A stretch of DNA of 25,192 bases from Planctomycetota bacterium (lineage in GTDB: Bacteria > Planctomycetota > GCA-002687715 > DRQF01), in the NCBI GenBank assembly GCA_027001995.1, contig JALTLO010000034.1:1-25192 (forward strand), given 5' to 3'. The position numbers were made by a program, and so were the translations under genes. The notes below the pieces were generated by a model. It did no database searches. It saw only the letters and a program-made list of their open reading frames with translations, and was not told the DNA's origin. This document shows, one piece after another, positions 1-8,499 of this stretch (positions are counted from its first letter, which is position 1; each line of letters opens with the position of its first letter).

Positions 1-1035
1 CTGACTCGCCTTGGGTGCCAGTTTGTTCAGTGAAGCTGCCAATTCCGCCACCGACGTCCCGCCGTCGGGCAAGACACTCAGGCGACCTTCTTCCTCAGTA
101 ATCGTTGCTACAGATCGAGGCACAGCCGCAATCGATGGCCCTTCAGTGAAGGGTGATGCGACCACAGGCAAAGGAGCTTCTTCAATGGTAATATTGATGG
201 CTCCTACCGCCACTGCGACCTTCGAGATTCTTACGTTCTCTCCAGCCACTATCACACCGGTTTTCCGATTGATAATAACTTTGGATACAACGTCCACCGC
301 AGTTCTGATCTGCTGAATGCTCGCAATGAAGCCTGTCAAATCATTGTGCCAGTCTTCGGGAATTTTGACCTCAATCATGCCGGCATTCTTTGCCTTGGCC
401 ACACCCTTGTGAACAGCATTAATTGCCTTCTCCACGTTCTTGGCAGTCTTCCAGTTTTGATTCTTCAAATGGAACCGAATCATGTGCCGGCTGTCCAAGA
501 TTTGCATGGGTACGCTCTTCTCCACCCGAGCTCCGTTGGCGATATTTGCGACCGTGGGATGATTGATCGTCACCGAGGACCCGGAATCCCCTGACGCCGC
601 CAAGCCTGCGGCCGACAATGGCCCTTCAGCAATGGCATAGACCGTCTTTTGATCTTTTCCTACCAACAAGGTCTCGAGCAGCGTTCCACCGTAGAGATTC
701 TCAGCGTCCTGCATTGAGGAAACAACGACATCAATTTTGCTGCCCGGTCTTTTGAACGGGTCTAGCCGACCAGTCACCTGAACCACAGCCATGTTGCCAG
801 AGCTCACTTCTTGTACTGTGGTGTTGATGCCAAACTTCTGCAAGAAGTTAACTTGCATCCGCCTTGCCAGAATCGATTTGTCACCAGTTCCATTGAGCCC
901 AACGACAAGACCGATACCAGAAACGGCGTTGTCTCGAACACCCTCAATGTCGGCGATCTCGGCAATTCGGGATTGACCCCAAGAGCTGGCCGAAAGAAGA
1001 ATCACAGCAAGAAAAGTTCTGTTAAAATTGGTCAT
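1..1035 (-). CDS. flgI: Flagellar P-ring protein FlgI (3' end outside window)
   Basis: Not in the ORF track because it lacks a stop. My translation from ATG 1035 reads MTNFNRTFLAVILLSASSWGQSRIAEIADIEGVRDNAVSGIGLVVGLNGTGDK...KVIINRKTGVIVAGENVRISKVAVA, the classic FlgI motifs. AAGGGG RBS; directly follows flgH. Confidence 0.95.
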   Translation of the reverse strand, partial: MTNFNRTFLAVILLSASSWGQSRIAEIADIEGVRDNAVSGIGLVVGLNGTGDKSILARRMQVNFLQKFGINTTVQEVSSGNMAVVQVTGRLDPFKRPGSKIDVVVSSMQDAENLYGGTLLETLLVGKDQKTVYAIAEGPLSAAGLAASGDSGSSVTINHPTVANIANGARVEKSVPMQILDSRHMIRFHLKNQNWKTAKNVEKAINAVHKGVAKAKNAGMIEVKIPEDWHNDLTGFIASIQQIRTAVDVVSKVIINRKTGVIVAGENVRISKVAVAVGAINITIEEAPLPVVASPFTEGPSIAAVPRSVATITEEEGRLSVLPDGGTSVAELAASLNKLAPKASQ

Positions 1036-1047
1036 TTTGATTCCCCT

Positions 1048-1644
1048 TTAGAAAGGCCACACGATGTCGAGCAAGCGAGAGAACCAACCACGGTTGGAGG
1101 CGCGACTCAAAGGTCCCGTCCCCTTGTAAGAGATGCGCACGTTGGCCACCTGGTTGGAGGTCACCGTGTTGGTCGCGGTCACATCGAAGGCACGAACCAG
1201 ACCGGTGATCTTCACGATCTTCGTTTCCCCGTCAATCACGATGCTCCTGGTCCCTTCCACCAACATGTTTCCGTTGGGAAAGGTGTCAATGACAACAACA
1301 GAGACGGTCGTTTCAAACTGGTTGTCCTTATTATAGATACCACGGCTATCAAACGTCTTGGTGGATTCGCTCGTCACTTGAGGAAGAGGCTCCAAGAAAT
1401 TCGGAAGGATATCGAAGTTAGTCAATGCCGCATTTAAGGTTGACTCTTTCTCGAGCTGACTTCTCTCGTTGTTGGTCACTTTTGCAGTATTGTTGATGAC
1501 AATGGTTAGGATGTCACCCACCCCCCGAGCTGTATTATCAGCGAAAAGCGGACGCACGGCATAGCTCGGATCCCAAAGTGATTGTGCCGGCGCCAAAGCG
1601 CAAAGAAGGCTCAAGGCACAGACTGTCTTAATCAGTAACTTCAT
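1048..1644 (-). CDS. flgH: Flagellar L-ring protein FlgH
   Basis: LFADNTARGVGDILTIVI, V..V..PNGNMLVEG, GLVR..D, V.S..VAN.RI.Y.G.G and GWF..LL...WPF motifs; lies between flgA and flgI. Confidence 0.95.
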   Translation of the reverse strand: MKLLIKTVCALSLLCALAPAQSLWDPSYAVRPLFADNTARGVGDILTIVINNTAKVTNNERSQLEKESTLNAALTNFDILPNFLEPLPQVTSESTKTFDSRGIYNKDNQFETTVSVVVIDTFPNGNMLVEGTRSIVIDGETKIVKITGLVRAFDVTATNTVTSNQVANVRISYKGTGPLSRASNRGWFSRLLDIVWPF

Positions 1645-1655
1645 GGTTCTCTCTC

Positions 1656-2663
1656 CTAGTTGCTTGATTTTACTTCAGCTGTCTTCTCATCAATCACGAT
1701 GGCAGCGAATTGACGTTTCGTTTCTAAGTTCTGGACCAAGATCTGCTCCCCCGGAGATCCTTCTTGCATTGCCATGCAGATAGTTCGAACTGTGAGAAGA
1801 CCTGACCTGACTCGGACAGTCAGCAGGTCATCCTTGCGAACAACGGGCGTTTGTTTGATGTCCGACCGAATGATCGTTTCACCATTGGCAAGGTCTCGTT
1901 TGGCAATCATGCCGATCACATCAGAAGCCCGAAAGAAAAGCTGGTCACCCATAGAAGAGACTTCTTGAGACTCTAACTTGATGTCTCCACGGGTGATGAC
2001 CGTTCCTTTCTTGATCGAACGAGCAAGACGAATCGTCGTGACCTTGCGAGTAATCAAGACCGGAATGACCGCCAAGGTCTCGTCAATGCCATCGAGCTCG
2101 ACCACCAATTTCAGGCTTACTTGGCCAATGTAAGTCGGATTCTTCTTCGCCGTTTCGATATGGAGCTCTGAGCTGTACTTCGCCAGTGGGAGGGCCACGG
2201 GAGGAATGTGCTTGGCAAACGTGATCTTGGCATTCTCATCGATGCCAACAAGGGCGTTGCGGACGAATCGACGAGCCATGCGCAAGATACGCCGGTTCTC
2301 GATTTGAATCGTTTTTCTTCGAATCCGGATTTCGCCTGGTCCTTCAATCTGGACGTTGCCGGCGGAGAATCCGGACTGAACCAGGGCCTTGCGGATGGAA
2401 TCATGCTTCACCGAGAGGCGATTTTTTCCGACGGCAAAAACACCCAATGTGGCCAAGTTGGCTCGCAAGCTCGTCACCCGCTCATTGCCTCCTTTAACGA
2501 CAAAAGTCGTCACGTTGGCGATGTCTTGAACCCGCACCCGAGATCCTTTGATTGCGATGCTCGCCCCTTTCAGCTCGACGATGACCGCAGTGTCTTCATC
2601 GATCTGCCCGAAAGAATTGACCGCAAGAGCAAACAGGATGATTGTCGTTATCTGTAGTTTCAT
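1656..2663 (-). CDS. flgA: Flagellar P-ring formation chaperone FlgA (long form)
   Basis: Signal peptide, SAF-like LARSIKKGTVITRGDI, and C-terminal AMQEGSPGEQILVQNLETKR; position flgG-flgA-flgH. Confidence 0.9.
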   Translation of the reverse strand: MKLQITTIILFALAVNSFGQIDEDTAVIVELKGASIAIKGSRVRVQDIANVTTFVVKGGNERVTSLRANLATLGVFAVGKNRLSVKHDSIRKALVQSGFSAGNVQIEGPGEIRIRRKTIQIENRRILRMARRFVRNALVGIDENAKITFAKHIPPVALPLAKYSSELHIETAKKNPTYIGQVSLKLVVELDGIDETLAVIPVLITRKVTTIRLARSIKKGTVITRGDIKLESQEVSSMGDQLFFRASDVIGMIAKRDLANGETIIRSDIKQTPVVRKDDLLTVRVRSGLLTVRTICMAMQEGSPGEQILVQNLETKRQFAAIVIDEKTAEVKSSN

Positions 2664-2672
2664 GTCACGTTC

Positions 2673-3449
2673 CTAACGAAGAATCTGGTTCACGGTGGTC
2701 AACATCTCGTCGGCGGCGGAAATTGCCTTCGATGAGGTTTCGTAAGCCCTTTGTGAAGTGATGAGACCAACAAGTTCATTGACAACCTCGACATTTGACT
2801 TCTCGAGGAAACCACCAACAATGGTGCCGAATCCTGCTGCGCCGGGGTTGCCTGTGATAGGAGCCCCACTGGCGCCACTTTGTTTCAAGACATTGCCGCC
2901 TTCAGAACTCAGTCCTGCAGGGTTGGCGAAGTTCACCAATTGGATCTGGCCGATTTGTGAAGAAACCTGTCCAACAACGGCTGAAACGAAACCATCTTGG
3001 CCAACCGCAACGGTAGCGTTCTGAGGAACAGTTAAGTTAGGGATGAGCTTGAGTCCTTGGGAGTTGACCACATTGCCATCCCGATCAATACCAAAGTTCC
3101 CATCACGGGTATAAATCGTTTCGCCACTGATGGACTGAAGTTGAAAGAATCCAGGACCGGTAATGACGAGGTCAAGAGGTTGTCCGGTTTCCTCCAAGAC
3201 ACCGGGAGTGAACACCTTACTGGTACTCACAAGCCGAGAACCAGAACCGATTTGAAGCCCTGCGGGACGCAACCCTTCCTTCGTTTGCTCATTCGGGTCT
3301 CGAATGGTGCTGTAAAGAAGGTCCTCGAAATTGACTTGGCTCTTCTTGAAACCCGTCGTATTGACGTTGGCCAGGTTATTCGCAATCACATCGATGCGTG
3401 TTTGCTGGGCTTTCATGCCGGTGGCGGCAGTAAACAGTGCTTTGATCAT
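2673..3449 (-). CDS. flgG: Flagellar distal rod protein FlgG
   Basis: TAATGMKAQQ..IDVIANNLANVNTTGFKK, FEDLLY, YTRDGNF and LEKSNVEVVNELV..QRAYE..SK.I...DEML. Confidence 0.97.
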   Translation of the reverse strand: MIKALFTAATGMKAQQTRIDVIANNLANVNTTGFKKSQVNFEDLLYSTIRDPNEQTKEGLRPAGLQIGSGSRLVSTSKVFTPGVLEETGQPLDLVITGPGFFQLQSISGETIYTRDGNFGIDRDGNVVNSQGLKLIPNLTVPQNATVAVGQDGFVSAVVGQVSSQIGQIQLVNFANPAGLSSEGGNVLKQSGASGAPITGNPGAAGFGTIVGGFLEKSNVEVVNELVGLITSQRAYETSSKAISAADEMLTTVNQILR

Positions 3450-3471
3450 GGTCTCTCTTCTCTCTCAGGTG

Positions 3472-4206
3472 CTACTGCGTATTACGCAGCAAATTCTCGT
3501 TGACTGAATCGATGGATCGAATGGCCTTCTGCATGGCTTCGTAATTCTTGTTGGCCATGAGCATGTTGATGAGCCCTTTCACCCCCGCCGCTTTGGGGTA
3601 CTCCAGGAATCCTTGCTCAACGGTTGTGGCGCCATCGGTCAATGTCGGGCGATAGGTATCGGTGGTGCGAAACAACGTTTCACCCACGGGTACAAGTGTG
3701 TCACGGATCTCTGGGGGAAAGTCGACGACTTGAAGCACGCCCTTCTCTTCAGCACCCTGCATGATAGTGCCATCCTTGTTGATGGTTACCGGGCCCTCCA
3801 CGGCACTCAATGTAATAGGTTTCTCTTCAGCGCTGAGTACGTGGTAGCCGGCTCGCGTGATCAGCTCCCCGTTGGCATTGAGAGCGAGATCACCATTTCT
3901 GGTGTAAGCAACCTCGGCAGTCGGCCCTGGAGGACGAACAACCAAGAATCCATCTCCTTGGAGTGCGAGGGCAAGCGGGTTGGAAGCCGTGCGGAACTCC
4001 CCTTGCTCAAAAGCAATGACTTCATCGGCGGTCACCAAACCCTGACGGGCATCGGCCTGATCCAAAACCGCTCCGAAGTTCTTCAGCACAATTTGATGCT
4101 TTTGATATCCGGGGGTCTCGGCGTTGACAGTATTGTGGGTGGCACCGTCAAGCATGCGCTGGACAGATGTCATCCCACTGGCGGCTATATATAAGGCTTC
4201 GTTCAT
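3472..4206 (-). CDS. flgF: Flagellar proximal rod protein FlgF (FlgE/F/G family)
   Basis: LYIAASGM, NPLALALQGDGFL, YTRNGDL and QGFLE; 244 aa, immediately upstream of flgG. Confidence 0.85.
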   Translation of the reverse strand: MNEALYIAASGMTSVQRMLDGATHNTVNAETPGYQKHQIVLKNFGAVLDQADARQGLVTADEVIAFEQGEFRTASNPLALALQGDGFLVVRPPGPTAEVAYTRNGDLALNANGELITRAGYHVLSAEEKPITLSAVEGPVTINKDGTIMQGAEEKGVLQVVDFPPEIRDTLVPVGETLFRTTDTYRPTLTDGATTVEQGFLEYPKAAGVKGLINMLMANKNYEAMQKAIRSIDSVNENLLRNTQ

Positions 4207-4244
4207 TTTTCTCTCTCTCGTCGGACTTCCGACCTCGGGAGGAA

Positions 4245-4261
4245 CGCAAGCAGAGGGCCAA
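4245..4261 (-). promoter_or_regulatory. Sigma54 (-24/-12) promoter for flgFGAHI
   Basis: Minus strand reads TTGGCCCTCTGCTTGCG = GG-N10-GC, about 40 nt upstream of the flgF ATG. Confidence 0.7.
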
Positions 4262-4436
4262 AGCCAAGAGAAAAATTGCCCTAAGAATCACTCAGAGCAA
4301 TCGGCGTAAACACACACATAAAAAGAGGTTATGACAGTGTTGCAGGATACAACACTCAGCTATATGGGGCAGAAGAAAGACTTGAGGAAAACTTTGCTCA
4401 ATGGGAATGAAGAGTTTTCGCGCGGGGGAAGTTCTT

Positions 4437-4679
4437 TCACTGGCTCTGAACCCCTCTGCCTCGGCAAGAAACAGGTTTTGAACCGAAGTACTGCTTCAAA
4501 TGGTGGATTGCGAGGAGCCGGCGGGTTTGAAATTCTCCTGCCGATAGGGCCTTAGCCTTCTCGAGGCTCACCCTTGCACCTTCACTGTCGCCGATGCTCT
4601 CCAACCGGACAGCTTCAGCCAAATGGCCTCGTGTTGTCTTTTTCTGACCCAAGCGAAATTTCTGTGGTGATTGTTGCAT
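4437..4679 (-). CDS. Small hypothetical protein, possibly one TPR-like helical hairpin
   Basis: 80 aa; AAGAGAGGG RBS; starts 18 nt after the PilZ gene stop. HLAEAVRLESIGDSEGARVSLEKAKALSAGEFQTRRLLA resembles a TPR pattern. Confidence 0.45.
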   Translation of the reverse strand: MQQSPQKFRLGQKKTTRGHLAEAVRLESIGDSEGARVSLEKAKALSAGEFQTRRLLAIHHLKQYFGSKPVSCRGRGVQSQ

Positions 4680-4697
4680 GACCCTCTCTTTTTCCGA

Positions 4698-5702
4698 TCA
4701 AGCCCGCGAGTCGTCAACGGGAGAGTACTGCGGTTTCACCGGAGAATTTTGCTCCCGCCTCTGTTCAAGGATGATATCACTGCTCTCCGCTTTGATGCGA
4801 CCGAACATGTAGTCGGCCAAAGTCAATCGTACATCCAAAGAATCACAATCGAGACGAAGGCCAGCACGATAGAGTCCCGCTAGATCTCTTTCAGACCAAG
4901 CCACTCTTGCAACCAGAGTCAGGGGATCCAAGTACCCCGGTAATTGCAACCGAAGCACAACATTCTCATCTTCCGCCAACGGTCCTTCACCAAGGACGCC
5001 CAATCCCTCGAACGCCATGTCATGGACGCGAACAAGCATAGGGTCCTGGTTTTCGTTCTCATCCTCCCCCTCCTGGATAACGGCCGCTGGCAGAGCGACA
5101 TGAGCGCGATAACGACGATTCATGCGAGAAGCCGACCGAATCGTTGCGGAACCAAGTACTCGAGTTTTTGCATCCGGCGAGTCAACCATATTGACTTCAT
5201 AGAAGCTAGCGTGACCTTCCGTCTCAGGACAGACAAGGAGAGCTTGTCCTTTCTTGGGAGCAGAATCAGAGTCGAACCGGACCAGGAGATGTTCACCCTC
5301 TGGTTGCCCCACCACTCCACGGCAACCACAGCGAAGCTCGCCGGCATTCCAGTAAAGGGCAACTCGCGTGCCTGCGGCGACCTCCTTCAGAAGTAATACC
5401 GAATCCTCTCCAGCGTTTCTCCCACTGACGTGGTCCGCTTTCAGCACCTTGCCGATTGCGAGCAGGCCATCTTTGTCTTCATCGGTCGTGAGGCGTCGCT
5501 TTAGGAGTCCTCTTCGGTCATCGACTTGGCCGGCAGAGGCAACTCGAAATAGTCCTCGACTCACAACATAGGCCGCCAGAAGAATGAGGATGCCAATAAT
5601 GCCCCAACTGACATAGTCCATCATGTCGACAGCTTCCACTTGCGATCCATTCAGCGCATTGATCTTGTCATGAATGTCGTAGCGAGTTTCGAGAAGAAAC
5701 AT
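4698..5702 (-). CDS. Membrane-anchored PilZ-domain protein (YcgR/flagellar-brake-like)
   Basis: N-terminal TM helix (WGIIGILILLAAYVV). C-terminal PilZ with RMNRR (RxxxR), DMAFEG (D-x-S/A-x-x-G) and L.ARVAW...AGLRL. Start codon uncertain. Confidence 0.8.
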   Translation of the reverse strand: MFLLETRYDIHDKINALNGSQVEAVDMMDYVSWGIIGILILLAAYVVSRGLFRVASAGQVDDRRGLLKRRLTTDEDKDGLLAIGKVLKADHVSGRNAGEDSVLLLKEVAAGTRVALYWNAGELRCGCRGVVGQPEGEHLLVRFDSDSAPKKGQALLVCPETEGHASFYEVNMVDSPDAKTRVLGSATIRSASRMNRRYRAHVALPAAVIQEGEDENENQDPMLVRVHDMAFEGLGVLGEGPLAEDENVVLRLQLPGYLDPLTLVARVAWSERDLAGLYRAGLRLDCDSLDVRLTLADYMFGRIKAESSDIILEQRREQNSPVKPQYSPVDDSRA

Positions 5703-5796
5703 GTCAAAGCACCTTGGCGAGAGCAGAACAAGAAATCAGAAAAGACTATAATCGACCCAAGTACGAGGTTTTCGCTCCCCTCTACTTCCATCCCTA

Positions 5797-5823
5797 TTCT
5801 CGGTAAATTGCCACGTCACTTGA
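5797..5823 (-). promoter_or_regulatory. Sigma28 (FliA)-like promoter for the PilZ gene
   Basis: Minus strand TCAAG-N14-ACCGAGAA, versus the FliA consensus TCAAG/TAAA-N14/15-GCCGATAA. Confidence 0.5.
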
Positions 5824-5989
5824 ACGAGAGCTGACAAATATCCAAGAACCCTCACTTCTATGTAAAAGAAAAGAACGGCATCCACAATGAACGCCATTTC
5901 TTTCTTTCATTTTGTGGCAACCAAGGTGGCGAGAGTCCTTCAGCCCCAATATTTCACCACCGCAAAGTCAATCTCATGATCAAGTTGAG

Positions 5990-7924
5990 TTAGACAATCT
6001 GCAGTAGTTCAGCAAAGATCTCATCTGCTGTCGTTACGATTCTCGCTGCTCCCTGGAATGACCTTTGGGCTTCAATCAGACGCACGAATTCTTCAGCCGT
6101 GTCGACGTTACTTCCCTCCAAGGCCCCAGAGACCAAACTTCCAGCCCCTGAAACTCCTGCTTGCCCCATCAGGGCGATGCCTGAATTATCACTCCGTCGA
6201 TACAAGGTGGAACCCTCTCGGATCAACCCTGCAGAATTCGCGAATTGAGCCACAGCAATCGTGTCCAGATCGACCGTGGCCCCATTGGTATAGAAGCCCC
6301 GGATGACTCCACCCGAGGTCACGTTAAGGGAGGCCAAAGTTCCCGACTCAAATCCGTCTTGAGAAGTTGCTTGAGCCCCTGATTGATCGCCGAATTGAGT
6401 CAATCCTTTCAGACCACCGACGGTGCCGAAGTCGAGATTGACGGATTGCGTGCTGGCTTGGCTATTCCAACTAATTTCGACTTGGGACAAGCTCGACCCC
6501 TGAAAGGCCCCGTCGGCCCCGAAGGAAATTTGGGTAATAGGCGAGCCCACCAAAGTACCTTCGTTGCCTGGGACACTCAGTTCCAGATTCCAAGTGTCAT
6601 CATCTTGTCGCTCGAATTGCCCAGAGAGGGTATGGGCAATGCCCAAGGAATCGAAAACTGTGATAGATGTGGCCCGGGTGTCTGGGCCCGTTCCCGCCTG
6701 GGTCGTTCCGAAGGCGTGAGTGCTGAAGGTTGTCGAACCGGTGTTCGTGCCCAAATCTTGCAAGCTAACTGTGAGACTTGAAGGGCCTGTGGTGCTAGAT
6801 TGAATGCCAATTTCGCCATTGGTATCAAGGGCTACAGTGGTTCCCGGAAACTGAGTCTGAATCGCGGTAACCAGCTCGCCCAAAGTATCACCATCAAAAC
6901 CACTCGTTGAAGGTCCCACAGTAAACGTCGCATTCACGGCATTGCCTTGCGTGTCAATTCCTGTGATCTGAATGATGTCACCATTGGCATAAGGCGTATT
7001 GTTCGTCGACAGATTACTCAACAGAGTGTTGGCGTTCGCGTTAAATTGTTGCCCTGTTGCCGTGGTTGTCGTTGCCAGCCCAATGTCCGTCAGAAGTGTG
7101 TTCGTCCCGCTCACCGTGATTTTGGAGTTTGCGCCACTGGTGCTGGAAGTGAGGATCAAGGCACCTCCAGACTGACTGGCCGTTACACTTGGATTGGAAG
7201 GATTCGCGACGAAGTAGGCATTGATCTCATTCTCAACGGCGGTCAATGTGGTCGCACTTGCGGAAAGAGGAATCTGAATCAAAGTCGAAGCATCGAGATT
7301 CAGTGTCAAAGTTTCATTAGAGCCATCGCCTGACCCGCTTGCGGTTCCCGTGATAATCGCAGGCAAGACTTCGACGTAGGCAGCAGATGACTCTTGAATC
7401 TCAGGCAGTGGTCCAGATTTATTGGCAGACAAATTGCCACCAAAGGTTACGTTCTGAGTGGCAACCGCAGGGGCGATGGACTCCGAGTCAATGGTGATCG
7501 CTGTGCCAGCTGAATTCTTGACCAAGAAACCTGTTCGCGAGTCGACTAAGCTTGAATTGCGGTCAATAGTAAGGGATCCAACCCGTGTGTAAAAATCTTC
7601 ATTGCCATTGGACACAACCAAATAACCATCACCTTGAAGGGCTAAGTCGAATGTCCTGCCGGTATCAATCAAGGCACCTTGCTTCATCACTTGGTCCACA
7701 GAGGACACTTGAGTGCCAAGCCCGAATTGGCGACCATTCACACCGCCCAAGGTGGATGATGGCCCCGTTGGCAATCTCTGGCTGCTGTAGAGAACGTCAC
7801 TGAAAGTAACGCGATCGGCTTTGAAACCTGCAGTTTCTGAGTTCGTCAGGTTGTTGCCGATAACATCCAAGTAGCGTTGATTTGCCCGAAGGCCGGTAAG
7901 GCCAATACGTAATGCTGTAAACAT
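5990..7924 (-). CDS. flgE: Flagellar hook protein FlgE with large central insertion (644 aa)
   Basis: GLTGLRANQRYLDVIGNNLTN..T.GFK, TGRTFDLALQGDGY, YTRVGS, VFDSLG..H.L and GALEGSNVD.AEEF..LI.AQRSFQ. Start placed at ATG 7924 (GAGGAGAGAGAG RBS). Confidence 0.95.
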   Translation of the reverse strand: MFTALRIGLTGLRANQRYLDVIGNNLTNSETAGFKADRVTFSDVLYSSQRLPTGPSSTLGGVNGRQFGLGTQVSSVDQVMKQGALIDTGRTFDLALQGDGYLVVSNGNEDFYTRVGSLTIDRNSSLVDSRTGFLVKNSAGTAITIDSESIAPAVATQNVTFGGNLSANKSGPLPEIQESSAAYVEVLPAIITGTASGSGDGSNETLTLNLDASTLIQIPLSASATTLTAVENEINAYFVANPSNPSVTASQSGGALILTSSTSGANSKITVSGTNTLLTDIGLATTTTATGQQFNANANTLLSNLSTNNTPYANGDIIQITGIDTQGNAVNATFTVGPSTSGFDGDTLGELVTAIQTQFPGTTVALDTNGEIGIQSSTTGPSSLTVSLQDLGTNTGSTTFSTHAFGTTQAGTGPDTRATSITVFDSLGIAHTLSGQFERQDDDTWNLELSVPGNEGTLVGSPITQISFGADGAFQGSSLSQVEISWNSQASTQSVNLDFGTVGGLKGLTQFGDQSGAQATSQDGFESGTLASLNVTSGGVIRGFYTNGATVDLDTIAVAQFANSAGLIREGSTLYRRSDNSGIALMGQAGVSGAGSLVSGALEGSNVDTAEEFVRLIEAQRSFQGAARIVTTADEIFAELLQIV

Positions 7925-7988
7925 CTCTCTCTCCTCTATCTTCAACTGGGAAACCGCTCTCTCAGCGATCACCCCAAATTGTTGTTGC

Positions 7989-8489
7989 CTATGCTTCGCT
8001 GGACTCTTCTTCGACGGGATCCGAGTTCGCCTCTTCGGGAGTCACGGCAGATCCGCTGGAAGGTTGTTCCGTAATCTGTGTGATCAAACCCAAAGGTATG
8101 AGAGCGCCATCGCTACTCTTCAGTTGGAGACCGTTTTGAGTGAATTCAACTGCGACGATATTGGCTTCGATTGTCGATGTACCTTCGCCGAAGTAAGTCA
8201 CTTTCTTGCCAATCAAACTGCTCGCTTGAGACAAGCTCTGAAGCCCTGTGTTCGCCGCCACGGAGTTCGCTAGTTGCTCGATAGCTTTGGTTTGAGTCTT
8301 TGACTCTTCAAGGGCGGAGAAGGAAGCGAGCTGTCCTAAGAACTCAGCGTCTTTCACTGGCTCCAGGGGGTTTTGATTCCGCAGTTGAGTGGTCAAAAGG
8401 TTGAGAAAATCCGTTTGATTCACCTCTCCTTGTTTCGAAGTTGATTGGGGTCCAAGGGGGCTGCCACCCACCAAATTTGAAATGTTCAT
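7989..8489 (-). CDS. flgD: Flagellar hook capping protein FlgD
   Basis: DFLNLLTTQLRNQNPLEP..DAEFLGQLASFSALE and QASSLIGKKV. Start placed at ATG 8489 after AGGAGAGAGAG, just past the fliK stop. Confidence 0.95.
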   Translation of the reverse strand: MNISNLVGGSPLGPQSTSKQGEVNQTDFLNLLTTQLRNQNPLEPVKDAEFLGQLASFSALEESKTQTKAIEQLANSVAANTGLQSLSQASSLIGKKVTYFGEGTSTIEANIVAVEFTQNGLQLKSSDGALIPLGLITQITEQPSSGSAVTPEEANSDPVEEESSEA

Positions 8490-8499
8490 CTCTCTCTCC

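Noticed and set aside
11..1437. Plus-strand ORFs 11-316, 346-594, 791-976 and 811-1437
   Set aside because: Antisense shadows of flgI and flgH with no recognisable motifs.
7925..7972. Longer flgE start given by the ORF track
   Set aside because: FlgE homology begins at MFTALRIG, and a strong RBS precedes ATG 7924.
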